The notes under the pieces were generated by a model, which was not told the origin of the DNA, searched no databases, and saw nothing but the letters and a program-made list of their open reading frames with translations. This document shows, in pieces, positions 1-8,921 of a DNA stretch of 64,000 nucleotides (the first letter of the stretch is position 1; every line of letters begins with the position of its first letter). The DNA is from Bacteroidales bacterium (lineage in GTDB: Bacteria; Bacteroidota; Bacteroidia; Bacteroidales; VadinHA17), in contig OY759745.1 in assembly GCA_963662685.1 (NCBI GenBank), positions 1,745,752-1,809,751 of the forward strand, read 5' to 3'. Made by a program: the position numbers and the translations under genes.

Positions 1-288
1 GGTTATTACCAGTACGGCCATATCTATCTGTTTGATGACAGATACGGCTTTTTTAACTCTGAGTTCTCCCAGTTGGCCCTCATCGTCTATTCCGGCGGTG
101 TCAATGGCTACGACAGGCCCCACACCATGTATCTCAACGCTTTTTTTTACCGGGTCGGTCGTAGTTCCGGCAATGTCGGAGACTATGGCCACATCCTGTC
201 CGCACAGGGCATTTATCATTGAGCTTTTGCCGTTGTTTCTCCTGCCGAAGATTCCGATATGCGGTTTGTTTTCCCTGCCCTGTTTCAT
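1..288 (-). CDS. hydF: [FeFe]-hydrogenase maturation GTPase HydF, N-terminal 96 codons (gene runs off the window start)
   Basis: Absent from the ORF track because it is open at the window edge. Reverse translation from ATG at 288..286 gives [80 protein letters not shown]... It has G1 GRRNNGKS, G2 TTTD and G3 DTAG in a HydF-like context. The start overlaps the upstream gene's stop as ATGA (285-288). Confidence 0.7.
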   Translation of the reverse strand, partial: MKQGRENKPHIGIFGRRNNGKSSMINALCGQDVAIVSDIAGTTTDPVKKSVEIHGVGPVVAIDTAGIDDEGQLGELRVKKAVSVIKQIDMAVLVIT

Positions 289-1742
289 CTTTTCTCCTCC
301 CCGTTGGCGATATCTTTAAGCCGGAAGCTTCCCTGCGCCAGGCTCGCGGGCTTGAGGAGTTCCAGCAGTCTCTCTTCTTCCACGAAACCAAGTTTTGTGT
401 TGGCATCAATGATGTTTATACCTTCTTTTTTCATAAGTTCCGCTATCTCTTCCGCTTTTTTATAACCGATATAAGGCAATAATAGGGTAGAGGTCGTTGG
501 ATTGAGCAGCAAAGACTTTTCTTCGGTCTTTGGGTCGATGTCAAGTCCGTTTACCAGATTCCGGGCGCATGTATCACCCGAAGCTATCAGTAGTTTCAGG
601 CTTTCCAGCAGGGCGTGCCCGATAACGGGCAGATATGCGTTAAGTTCAAGGCAACCCTGAGCCGACAGTGTAGCTATCAGTTGGTCGTTAGCGTATATTT
701 TATGGCAACTGCTTATGATAAATTCCGGGATCACCGGATTCACCTTGGATGGCATTATTGAGCTGCCCGCCTGTTTCTTGGGCAACGATATTTTGCCGCT
801 ACCGTGAATGTCAGCTCCCAGCATCCTGAGGTCGGCGACCATCTTTTCAAGATTCACGGCGTGCGCTTTAAGTATCCCGTGCACCTCCACCAATGGGTCG
901 AGGTTACTGGTGGCATCCGACAGGTTTTCTCCCCGGGTAACCGGCAGGTTGGTGATTTTCTGGAGTGTTCTTGTGGCTTCAAGAACAAAATAGTTTGGTA
1001 CTGAGACAGAGGTTCCGATAGCGCTGCCTCCAAGGTTCACAACTTTTATTCTTTCCAGGCATTTGGAGACTCTCCACCAGTCGCGCGAAAGAGCGTCGCT
1101 GTACCCACTGAACAATCTGCCATAAGTTGTTGGAAGCGCCGCTTGCATCTGGGTGTATCCCATGCGGATAACGTTGCGGTACTTTTTCTCCAGAGTTTCG
1201 ACTTCGCCACGGAGGCTGTTGATGCTTTTTTCGAGATCCATCAGGAGTCGCATCGCTGCTACCTTAAGGGCCGTGGGAACAACATCGTTGGTCGACTGGA
1301 AGATGTTGGTGTCTTCTATCGGGTCGGCATAATAGTATTCTCCCGGTTTCCTTCCCAGCTTCACCAACGCCATATTGACAAGTATCTCGTTAATGTTCAT
1401 ATTTATACTCGTACCGGCGCCGCCTGAGAGAGCCGGTACGATGAAACTATCGAAATACTCGCCCTGTTCGCATTCTTCCGCGCACTCTTCAAGAGTATAG
1501 AGCAGCTTAACAGAGGGAAATTTTACCGGCAAAGCGTACAGATCGTATATACTGGTGCCTTTTTCGATAAAATCCCTTGCTGTGATAAAACAGGCTCTTT
1601 TTACCGTGGCCATCGACATGTACCATTCCATATGAAACCGGGTAGTGTCAGGAAAGTTTTCCCTGGCTCTTAGAGAATGGATACCGTAATAAGCCTCATC
1701 AGGAATTTCCATCTCTCCCAAAAAATCCCTTTCTGTTCGCAT
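285..1742 (-). CDS. Aspartate ammonia-lyase / class II fumarase superfamily lyase, divergent member
   Basis: 485 aa. It carries the fumarate-lyase signature [11 protein letters not shown] and the STNDVVPTA motif. The N-terminal region is atypical ([11 protein letters not shown] instead of the usual GTQTNMN context). Confidence 0.8.
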   Translation of the reverse strand: MRTERDFLGEMEIPDEAYYGIHSLRARENFPDTTRFHMEWYMSMATVKRACFITARDFIEKGTSIYDLYALPVKFPSVKLLYTLEECAEECEQGEYFDSFIVPALSGGAGTSINMNINEILVNMALVKLGRKPGEYYYADPIEDTNIFQSTNDVVPTALKVAAMRLLMDLEKSINSLRGEVETLEKKYRNVIRMGYTQMQAALPTTYGRLFSGYSDALSRDWWRVSKCLERIKVVNLGGSAIGTSVSVPNYFVLEATRTLQKITNLPVTRGENLSDATSNLDPLVEVHGILKAHAVNLEKMVADLRMLGADIHGSGKISLPKKQAGSSIMPSKVNPVIPEFIISSCHKIYANDQLIATLSAQGCLELNAYLPVIGHALLESLKLLIASGDTCARNLVNGLDIDPKTEEKSLLLNPTTSTLLLPYIGYKKAEEIAELMKKEGINIIDANTKLGFVEEERLLELLKPASLAQGSFRLKDIANGEEKR

Positions 1743-1765
1743 ACTCTTTGCTTGAAAATGAGAGA

Positions 1766-1773
1766 CAAATGTA
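1766..1773 (-). promoter_or_regulatory. Bacteroidota -7 promoter box (TACATTTG on the minus strand)
   Basis: Matches TAnnTTTG and lies 24 nt upstream of the lyase start codon. Confidence 0.4.
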
Positions 1774-1844
1774 GTTATTTTCTCTCTTTCGCGTTACGCT
1801 AAAGCTAAAGAAGATGCAAGCTGCCGGTAGGTATTATAATGTCG

Positions 1845-4295
1845 TTATACGAAGAGGTTGATGTTAGCGTTGTCAGCTCTCTCCATATAGGTAGCTACTC
1901 CACCAATAGTGACTCCGTCGAGTAACTCTTCTTTCTTGACACCCATGACGTCCATTGACATCTGGCAGGCAATGAACTCAACACCGCTTGCCAGGGCCTG
2001 GTCGCGCAACGATTCAAGCGAATCAATACCTTTTATCCTCATGATATGACGCATCATTTTTCTACCAGCGCCGAACATGTTCATTTTCGACAGTTTGAGT
2101 CGCAGGGAGTTTGAAGGAAGCATCATGCCGAACATTTTTCCGAAGATATCTTTGGACACTGTTGGTTTTTTTGTTTTTTTGATGACGTTGAGGCCCCAGA
2201 AGGTGAAGAATATTGTCACTTTTTCTCCTGTAGCGGCGGCGCCGTTGGCAAGCACGAATGTCGCCAGCGCTTTGTCGAGATCGTCGCTGAACATGATCAG
2301 TGTCTTTCCCTTTCCGTCGCATGAGGTGACCACACTACAACTTTTGGGCGCTCCTTTTTCTACGACTACTGTATACTTTCCTTTGTCTTCAATGCTGGAT
2401 ACTAGTGTATTCCCTGTAGTGTTGCACCATGCCTGGGCATCGCGGGCGAAACCGGCATCTGTGGCTACCATCTCTATTCTCTCTCCCTCGTTCATGCCGT
2501 CAATCGACTGCTTCAGTTTGAGTACGGGACCCGGGCACTGCAGACCGCATGCGTCAACCTTTAGTGCCTTTATTTCTATCCTCATATTCTGCTGGTCGAT
2601 GTTATCGCCTTTATCTTCCGGCAGGATTACCGGTTCCGTTCTCCTTACCGGAGCCACGGCTACAGAGTAGGTCTTGTACCCGCCCGACAGGTTTTTAACT
2701 TTTGTGAAACCATTCTGGATCAGTATTTTCAGGGCCAGGTAACCACGCAGACCAATTGCGCAATAGACAATTATCTGTTTGTTTTTCGGCAACTCTTCCA
2801 ACCTGTTTCTGAGGTCATCAACAGGAATATTTATAGATCCCGGTATGGCGCCCATAGAGTGCTCCTCCCTGGTGCGTACATCTATGATCAGGGTTTCTTC
2901 TCGATCCACATGTTGTATGTCTCTCCATGTAAGCGCAGGCATTGCTCCGCTGATTATGTTGGAGGCTACGTATCCTGCTATGGCTATTGGATCTTTTGCC
3001 GCGGAGAATGGGGGGGCATAAGAGTGTTCTACCTCAATAAGGTCGTATACCGTTCCACCGTTTTTTATCAGCAAAGCTATCTGGTCTATTCGTTTGTCTA
3101 CTCCATCGTATCCCACACACTGACCTCCGTACAGCTTTCCGGTTTCGGGGTCGAATGTCAGTTTTAGACTCAGCGGCATGGAGTCGGGGTAATATCCTGC
3201 GTGTGATCCTGAGTGGGTCCATGATGTACCGTAAGCAACGCCCATCTGTTTGAGTTTTTTCCCGGGTAGTCCGGTTGAAGCTACTGTCATGTCGAACACC
3301 TTGGCTATGCTGGTACCTATGGCACCTTCATATTTTGTTTTGTTGCCAAAAACCATATTGTCGGCTACAATACGTCCCTGCCTGTTCGCCGGGTTGGCCA
3401 GGTAATTGAGCCACGGTTTCCCGGTAAGCGGATGCGGGAACTCAATAGCGTCGCCAACGGCGTATATGCCTTTTGCGGAGGTCTCCAGATATTCATCAAC
3501 CCAGATGCCTCCTGTTTCTCCTATTTTGATCCCGGCCGCTTTGGCGATAGTTGTCTCCGGACGGACACCTATCGAAAGTATCACCACGTCGGCAGCAACT
3601 GTCTCTCCGCCCTTGAAATGAACATCTACCTGTTCGCCCTTGCGGGAGAAGCGTTCTACACTCTGTTCGAGATATAGGGCGACCCCTTTCTGCAGCAGGT
3701 GCTGGTGTACAGGAGCAGCCATTGAGAAGTCGATTGGCGACATTACCTGTTTGGCCATCTCCGCTATGTAAACCTCGGCACCGGCGTGATGCAGGTTTTC
3801 CGCCATCTCCAGTCCGATGAACCCGGCGCCTACAACGACGGCTTTCTTGATTTCGCGGGATGTTATATAGTTTTTTATCCTGTCGGTGTCACTTACGTCG
3901 CGGAGCGTGAATATTCCTTCCAGATCAATCCCTTCCAGTGGAGGTTTCACGGGATGCGCACCGGGAGATAGCAACAGATTGTCGTAGCTTTCGGTATACT
4001 CGTTACCATTGGCTCTACGTATCGTAACTATTTTTTTTACCGGGTCAATGGCGACAGCTTCGTTTTCAACCCTTACATCGACGTTGAAACGGCTGTTGAA
4101 AGACTGGGGGGTTTGTAAAAAAAGTCTGTCTCTTTCCGCTATTGTGCCGCCAATGTAATATGGAAGGCCGCAATTGGCGTAAGATATATGTTTTCCTTTT
4201 TCGAGCAGGACTATTTCAGCCGACTCGTCTACTCTGCGGATTCTTGCCGCAGCTGTGGCGCCTCCCGCCACTCCTCCGATAATTAAATGCTTCAT
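1845..4295 (-). CDS. Four-domain fusion: CoA-disulfide reductase-type FAD oxidoreductase + rhodanese + TusA/SirA + DsrE/DrsE-like (putative NAD(P)H persulfide/polysulfide reductase)
   Basis: 816 aa. Motifs in order: GGVAGG FAD motif, SYANC(42)GLPYYIGG redox Cys, rhodanese loop YCAIGLRG, TusA motif ACGLQCPGPVLKLK, and a C-terminal DsrE-like FFTFWGLN...FIACQMSMD. Confidence 0.85.
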   Translation of the reverse strand: MKHLIIGGVAGGATAAARIRRVDESAEIVLLEKGKHISYANCGLPYYIGGTIAERDRLFLQTPQSFNSRFNVDVRVENEAVAIDPVKKIVTIRRANGNEYTESYDNLLLSPGAHPVKPPLEGIDLEGIFTLRDVSDTDRIKNYITSREIKKAVVVGAGFIGLEMAENLHHAGAEVYIAEMAKQVMSPIDFSMAAPVHQHLLQKGVALYLEQSVERFSRKGEQVDVHFKGGETVAADVVILSIGVRPETTIAKAAGIKIGETGGIWVDEYLETSAKGIYAVGDAIEFPHPLTGKPWLNYLANPANRQGRIVADNMVFGNKTKYEGAIGTSIAKVFDMTVASTGLPGKKLKQMGVAYGTSWTHSGSHAGYYPDSMPLSLKLTFDPETGKLYGGQCVGYDGVDKRIDQIALLIKNGGTVYDLIEVEHSYAPPFSAAKDPIAIAGYVASNIISGAMPALTWRDIQHVDREETLIIDVRTREEHSMGAIPGSINIPVDDLRNRLEELPKNKQIIVYCAIGLRGYLALKILIQNGFTKVKNLSGGYKTYSVAVAPVRRTEPVILPEDKGDNIDQQNMRIEIKALKVDACGLQCPGPVLKLKQSIDGMNEGERIEMVATDAGFARDAQAWCNTTGNTLVSSIEDKGKYTVVVEKGAPKSCSVVTSCDGKGKTLIMFSDDLDKALATFVLANGAAATGEKVTIFFTFWGLNVIKKTKKPTVSKDIFGKMFGMMLPSNSLRLKLSKMNMFGAGRKMMRHIMRIKGIDSLESLRDQALASGVEFIACQMSMDVMGVKKEELLDGVTIGGVATYMERADNANINLFV

Positions 4296-4379
4296 GATGG
4301 TTGTTTTTTAACGCGAAAATCGCTTAAATGCTGTTTGTGTGGATATTTCTAAAGATAATGAAAAAAATGGTTTAAAAAA

Positions 4380-4414
4380 TTCCGCGGTGTTTATCTGACA
4401 TAAACACCGCGGAA
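4380..4414 (-). terminator. Rho-independent terminator after the MarR gene (may double as an operator)
   Basis: Perfect 15-bp inverted repeat TTCCGCGGTGTTTAT-ctgac-ATAAACACCGCGGAA, followed by a T-run on the minus strand. Confidence 0.6.
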
Positions 4415-4427
4415 GTAATATTTGTAA

Positions 4428-4802
4428 CTACATCTCCTTGATTCTCTCAATAACAGAAAGAATTTCTTTTGAATCGCATTTTACGTATTCAAGACTTTTT
4501 TTGCCTTTTTCTGTAAGGATAAAGTTCATCTGCCTTCTGTCTTCCTCGCCTACTATACGTTCTATAAGATCTTTTTTTTCCATGGAGACGATCACTTTGG
4601 AAGCATTGGACGATGAAAGGCCAAGTACCTCGGCTATTTTGCCGGAGGAGCATTTGCCTATCTTTGATATTGTACAGAGCAACATGCCTTCATTAAGACA
4701 TATTCCGTATTTCTCGTGAAATTGGTTTTCAAAATCATTGATGGAACGGAAGATGTCTCTTATCCTGCACAGCGGTTCCATCGCAACATGGTTGATCATC
4801 AC
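4428..4802 (-). CDS. MarR-family transcriptional regulator
   Basis: 124 aa with a winged-helix pattern (CSSGKIAEVLGLSSSNASKVIVSMEKKDLIER...EDRRQ). Confidence 0.8.
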   Translation of the reverse strand: MMINHVAMEPLCRIRDIFRSINDFENQFHEKYGICLNEGMLLCTISKIGKCSSGKIAEVLGLSSSNASKVIVSMEKKDLIERIVGEEDRRQMNFILTEKGKKSLEYVKCDSKEILSVIERIKEM

Positions 4803-4899
4803 TATAAGAATTTATTTTTAGTCCGGATATCCCCATATTGTGGTTAACACGACAATAGGACAGAAGAGGCGCGATTCGCCTGTTATCCGTTCGGCAAAA

Positions 4900-5370
4900 T
4901 TAATTTTTATTTAGCAATACCTCGTTGATAGCCTCTTTTAATGTCGCTTTTGGTAAAGCACCCTGGGCCATCTGGGGAGATCCCTCCATAGGAATGAACA
5001 GTATCGACGGGATGGAACGGATGCCGAAAGTAGCGGCCAGTTCCTGTTCGGCCTCGGTATCAACTTTATATATGATAATCTCTTCGCTGTACTCACCCGC
5101 AAGTTCTTCCAGTATAGGAGATACCATTTTACATGGTCCGCACCAGTCGGCGTAAAAATCGATTATCGCCGGCTTTTCGCCCAGATATACCCATTCCTGT
5201 GGATTTGTTTCGTAGTTAGCCACTTTCTTCAGAAAATCTTCTTTTGTCAATTGAACTGTTTTCATTGTGTTGTCGTTTTGAATTGTATCATTTTTATTTA
5301 TCTCTTCGCTTTTAGCCCCGCATGACGCAATGGTAACTGTCAGCAGAAAAAGTGTAATCATTTTTTTCAT
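4900..5370 (-). CDS. Thioredoxin, lipoprotein (exported)
   Basis: 156 aa. Signal peptide plus lipobox TIASC, and a canonical WCGPC active site. Confidence 0.85.
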   Translation of the reverse strand: MKKMITLFLLTVTIASCGAKSEEINKNDTIQNDNTMKTVQLTKEDFLKKVANYETNPQEWVYLGEKPAIIDFYADWCGPCKMVSPILEELAGEYSEEIIIYKVDTEAEQELAATFGIRSIPSILFIPMEGSPQMAQGALPKATLKEAINEVLLNKN

Positions 5371-5606
5371 AACCGTAGTTTTTTAATTTGACCTTTATAA
5401 ACTTCATCCTGTCGTGTTGCCGCTGATGACTGTGAGCATCCCGCCACACCGCAGCATGATATATTGAGAGCCGCCTGTAGTAACAAAAAACCAGCGAAAA
5501 AAAGGAAAAGGTACTCTTTGTATGCTATCGCGTAGTAGCCGAAACCCAGTCCCGCCAGCAAGCGGAAGACCCGCATAAAATTCCAGTTTCTTAAAAATCC
5601 GTTCAT
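5367..5606 (-). CDS. Small membrane protein with a C-terminal Cys cluster (SCCGVAGCS)
   Basis: 79 aa with two hydrophobic helices. It has an ATGA overlap with the thioredoxin start, and its own start directly abuts the upstream stop. Confidence 0.55.
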   Translation of the reverse strand: MNGFLRNWNFMRVFRLLAGLGFGYYAIAYKEYLFLFFAGFLLLQAALNISCCGVAGCSQSSAATRQDEVYKGQIKKLRL

Positions 5607-5825
5607 CTATTCAGCCTCCTTCTTTTCACTTTTCTTAAACATATCAAACAGCAGGCCTCCCATCAGACCTCCCCATAGCGAGCTGTAAAAAGGCGATGAG
5701 GTTATGGGGCATGTCCCGCTGTTGCAACCCACGAACCTCCAGTAAAAAAAGCCTCCAAGAATTCCTATGCCGGCACCAATTATCGCCAGCCTCTCCTTTT
5801 TAATAAATTCCTTCAGTTTATCCAT
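5607..5825 (-). CDS. Small membrane protein with a GCNSGTCP motif between two Gly-rich helices
   Basis: 72 aa: AIIGAGIGILGGFFYW - GCNSGTCPI - LWGGLMGGLLF. It is the first gene of the unit. Confidence 0.6.
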   Translation of the reverse strand: MDKLKEFIKKERLAIIGAGIGILGGFFYWRFVGCNSGTCPITSSPFYSSLWGGLMGGLLFDMFKKSEKKEAE

Positions 5826-5850
5826 CCGGTTTTATGTTATAAATCCGGTG

Positions 5851-5858
5851 CAAATATA
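5851..5858 (-). promoter_or_regulatory. Bacteroidota -7 promoter box (TATATTTG on the minus strand)
   Basis: Exact TAnnTTTG match, 26 nt upstream of the start at 5825. Confidence 0.45.
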
Positions 5859-5870
5859 TAAAATAATTTC

Positions 5871-5907
5871 CTTTGGAAAATATTTCCAAAGAAAAATTCT
5901 TCCAAAG
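5871..5907. promoter_or_regulatory. Candidate operator: CTTTGGAA-N5-TTCCAAAG palindrome plus a third TTCCAAAG half-site
   Basis: Perfect 8-bp arms at 5871-5878 and 5884-5891. An extra direct copy lies at 5900-5907, just upstream of the -7 box. Confidence 0.4.
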
Positions 5908-6028
5908 GGTAATTTTTTAACAAAAATTTAAGACTAATAAGGATTTTTTTATGTGTTACGGGCTATTTGAAGACTATTATACGGTACGCTTCAGGTCTGT
6001 GGTAAAAAAGTGTTATGAGGAGAGTATG

Positions 6029-6544
6029 CTATAATCCAGTTGTCCCTGATTTGTAATTTTTCCGGTTGATAAAGGAGTCAAATAGCAGGATAAAGAAGCC
6101 TGTAGTGACAGATATGTCCGCCATATTTACTATCCCTGTATGGAATATCACGAAGTCAAAATACAAAAAATCAGTTACCGAACCATACAGGATCCTGTCT
6201 ATAATATTTCCTACACCTCCTCCGATAATCAGGCTTATAGAAACGAGCAATAACTTCGACAGATCGTTGCTTTTTATGAGATAGTAAAGAGCGTACCCCA
6301 TAACTATCAGTGGCAACAATATCATCAAAAGGATAAACATAGGTCTTGAGATAGAATCGCCAAGACCAAGAAACGCTCCTGAATTTTCTATTTTTGTAAG
6401 GATAAGGTAATCACCTACAACATTTGTTCGCGAATTGTATTCGACTTTTTCTCTGACAATATGTTTGGTTATCTGGTCGCATCCAATAACAGATACAATT
6501 ATCAATGCTATCAATAGAATCTTAGCCGCCCGCTCTTTTTTCAT
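6029..6544 (-). CDS. lspA: Lipoprotein signal peptidase (signal peptidase II)
   Basis: NSGAFLG and GGGVGNIIDR...VTDF motifs. I prefer the ATG at 6544 (ATGA overlap with the MFS stop) over the TTG at 6550. Confidence 0.85.
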   Translation of the reverse strand: MKKERAAKILLIALIIVSVIGCDQITKHIVREKVEYNSRTNVVGDYLILTKIENSGAFLGLGDSISRPMFILLMILLPLIVMGYALYYLIKSNDLSKLLLVSISLIIGGGVGNIIDRILYGSVTDFLYFDFVIFHTGIVNMADISVTTGFFILLFDSFINRKNYKSGTTGL

Positions 6545-7758
6545 TGGCAATACCCTCTTTTTCGTTGGCGCGAATTTAATGTTTTTGTCCTTTTTCTACC
6601 CGAAAGCATGAATATTATCATCAGCAAAGTGGCCAGCAGAGCCATTGAAGAACCAAAATAAAACGGTGCGTTAGCGTTTACCTTATCATATAGAGTACCA
6701 GCTATCAGACTTGCCGGTAAGAGAGTTATACCCAGTATAGCATGGTATAATCCATATCCTGTTCCTTTTAGATCCTCACTTACGATATCCGATATCAAAG
6801 CCTTTTGACTACTGTCGGTCAGGGCACTGTATAATCCGTACATAACGAACAGTAAAAAGAAAACATTTATGCTATTATATCTTCCGAATAAAAAATATGT
6901 TATAGAGTAAACCAGAAATCCAAGGATAATAAGTTTCTCGCGACCGATTTTGTCCGATATTTTTCCTATAGGTATGGCGAATAACACTGATATGGCATTA
7001 AATATCATGTAAACGAAAGGGACATACGACTGGTTAATGCCGGTTTCAGCGACTTTGACCAACAACAGCGCATCAGCGGAATTTCCTAAAGTAAAAACAA
7101 ATATGACAATAAGAAAAAAATAGAATCTTTTGGGTAACAGTTTTAAATGGAATTTACTGTTGTCGCCTGTTTTGTCCGTTTTTGTATCTTTAATGAAAAG
7201 AACGATGGTCGCTACCCCCATAAGGGCCGGAATAGTGGCTATCAGAAAAATGTTGGAATAATTAAGAGGGAAAAAATACAACAAGACGAATGCCGCCAAC
7301 GGACCTATTATTGCTCCACTGTTGTCCATCGCCTTATGGAATCCGAAATTTTTTCCTGTTTCGTTTTTTGCTGCCGAACTGCTGATAAGCCTGTCCCTTG
7401 GTGCTGCCCGGAATCCTTTTCCTGTACGCTCGACAAATCTCAGGAACAAAACCTGAACTGGAATTTTTACCAGTGAATACAGTGGAGTTATGATTGCGGT
7501 AATGCCATACCCCAATACCATCAATGGCTTGTTCCTGCCTCTTTTGTCGCTCCAGTATCCTGAAAAAGCCTTGAATAGCGATGCCGTACTCTCCGCTATA
7601 CCTTCAATAAGTGATATAGCTGTCTTTGATGCCCCTATTGACAAAAGGAACAGTGGCATCACGCTATAGATCATTTTAGTTGATGTGTCGGTGAAAAAAC
7701 TGGTCAGTCCGGTAAAAAAGACATTTTTTTCAAGACCCAGTATTTTTTTCTGTTTCAT
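6541..7758 (-). CDS. MFS transporter
   Basis: 405 aa, about 12 hydrophobic segments, with an MFS loop motif (SDKRGRNKP / GKISDKIGREK). Confidence 0.85.
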   Translation of the reverse strand: MKQKKILGLEKNVFFTGLTSFFTDTSTKMIYSVMPLFLLSIGASKTAISLIEGIAESTASLFKAFSGYWSDKRGRNKPLMVLGYGITAIITPLYSLVKIPVQVLFLRFVERTGKGFRAAPRDRLISSSAAKNETGKNFGFHKAMDNSGAIIGPLAAFVLLYFFPLNYSNIFLIATIPALMGVATIVLFIKDTKTDKTGDNSKFHLKLLPKRFYFFLIVIFVFTLGNSADALLLVKVAETGINQSYVPFVYMIFNAISVLFAIPIGKISDKIGREKLIILGFLVYSITYFLFGRYNSINVFFLLFVMYGLYSALTDSSQKALISDIVSEDLKGTGYGLYHAILGITLLPASLIAGTLYDKVNANAPFYFGSSMALLATLLMIIFMLSGRKRTKTLNSRQRKRGYCQ

Positions 7759-8158
7759 CTGACAAACTTAACTGTGATGGTACCACGGTAATGTTGGGGA
7801 ACATTCGCGAAATAACAAAAAAGAAAGCAGAAGTACTATTGTTCTACTACTTTAACCCTTCTGTTTTTTGCCTTTCCATCTGCGGTCGAGTTCGTGGCAA
7901 CAGGTGCTGTCGGGTCATCGCTGTTTTTCTATGCTCTCCAACAAGTGTGTAACTATTGAGGGCCAATAAGCCTGATCCCAGGACAGGGCCTCAACTAAGA
8001 TGTTAATCACATTTAAAATGTAAATTTTAATCGTTCATCTTTTGTAAGATTTACTTATAGCGGATGTCGTGTTGTTCCCTGTTTATGAAGACAGTTCAGG
8101 CGATAAAATATTTTATAACTACAGGAAAAATATTAAGTAGACTGATGGTATGTCAGGA

Positions 8159-8833
8159 TCATCCCTTCGTGCTGATTTCTGCAAGTCTGCTTATGTCGTT
8201 GATAATGACACTCTTTCCTTCAAGAGATATGATGCTGTCGTTTTCAAATTCCTTGAGGAATTTTACCGTGCTTTCAACAGTAATTGAAGCGAAATCGGCC
8301 AGATCCTGACGTGTCAGATATTGAAAGATATCGTCGTTTTTGAATTCATTGTCCGCAAGATACAATATTGCCGATGCCAGCTTACCTCTCATCTGTTTGT
8401 ATGAAATGTTATTGATAATATCGAGGTACCGGTTTTCTATCAGATCATTTTGTGATATAATCTGCCATGCGAAATCCGGGTTTCTCATGATCACCCTCCT
8501 CAGGGCTTCTTTGTCTATCATGCAGATAATCGAATCATGGAGCGATACAGCGGAATATTGATATGTATTGTTGTTAAAGATCGAGGATAAGGATATATAA
8601 TCACCCAGTTTCGCTAACCTGATATTTATTCGCTTTTTACCAGTCTGCCGGTATATAATAACATTTCCTTTTATTACGAAAAGTACATGTGGCGCGAATG
8701 CTCCCTGTTTGAAAATGGTCTCTCCTTTGGCAAAATTTACGGGAGTTTTGTAAGCTGCCAGGTAATCTATCTCTTCCTGTGGAAGATTATGAAAACATGC
8801 CGATATATTCTCTATTATGTTTGTGTGTTCCAT
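8159..8833 (-). CDS. Crp/Fnr-family transcriptional regulator
   Basis: 224 aa: a cNMP-binding-like beta-roll followed by a C-terminal HTH (TRQDLADFASITVESTVKFLKEF). Confidence 0.85.
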   Translation of the reverse strand: MEHTNIIENISACFHNLPQEEIDYLAAYKTPVNFAKGETIFKQGAFAPHVLFVIKGNVIIYRQTGKKRINIRLAKLGDYISLSSIFNNNTYQYSAVSLHDSIICMIDKEALRRVIMRNPDFAWQIISQNDLIENRYLDIINNISYKQMRGKLASAILYLADNEFKNDDIFQYLTRQDLADFASITVESTVKFLKEFENDSIISLEGKSVIINDISRLAEISTKG

Positions 8834-8921
8834 GATGGGCAGACTCTTGTTCCGCGAATTTAAGTATATGATTTAAGCGGATAAAAGGTTTGGGGAATTT
8901 TTTATCGCGAATAAACCAAAA

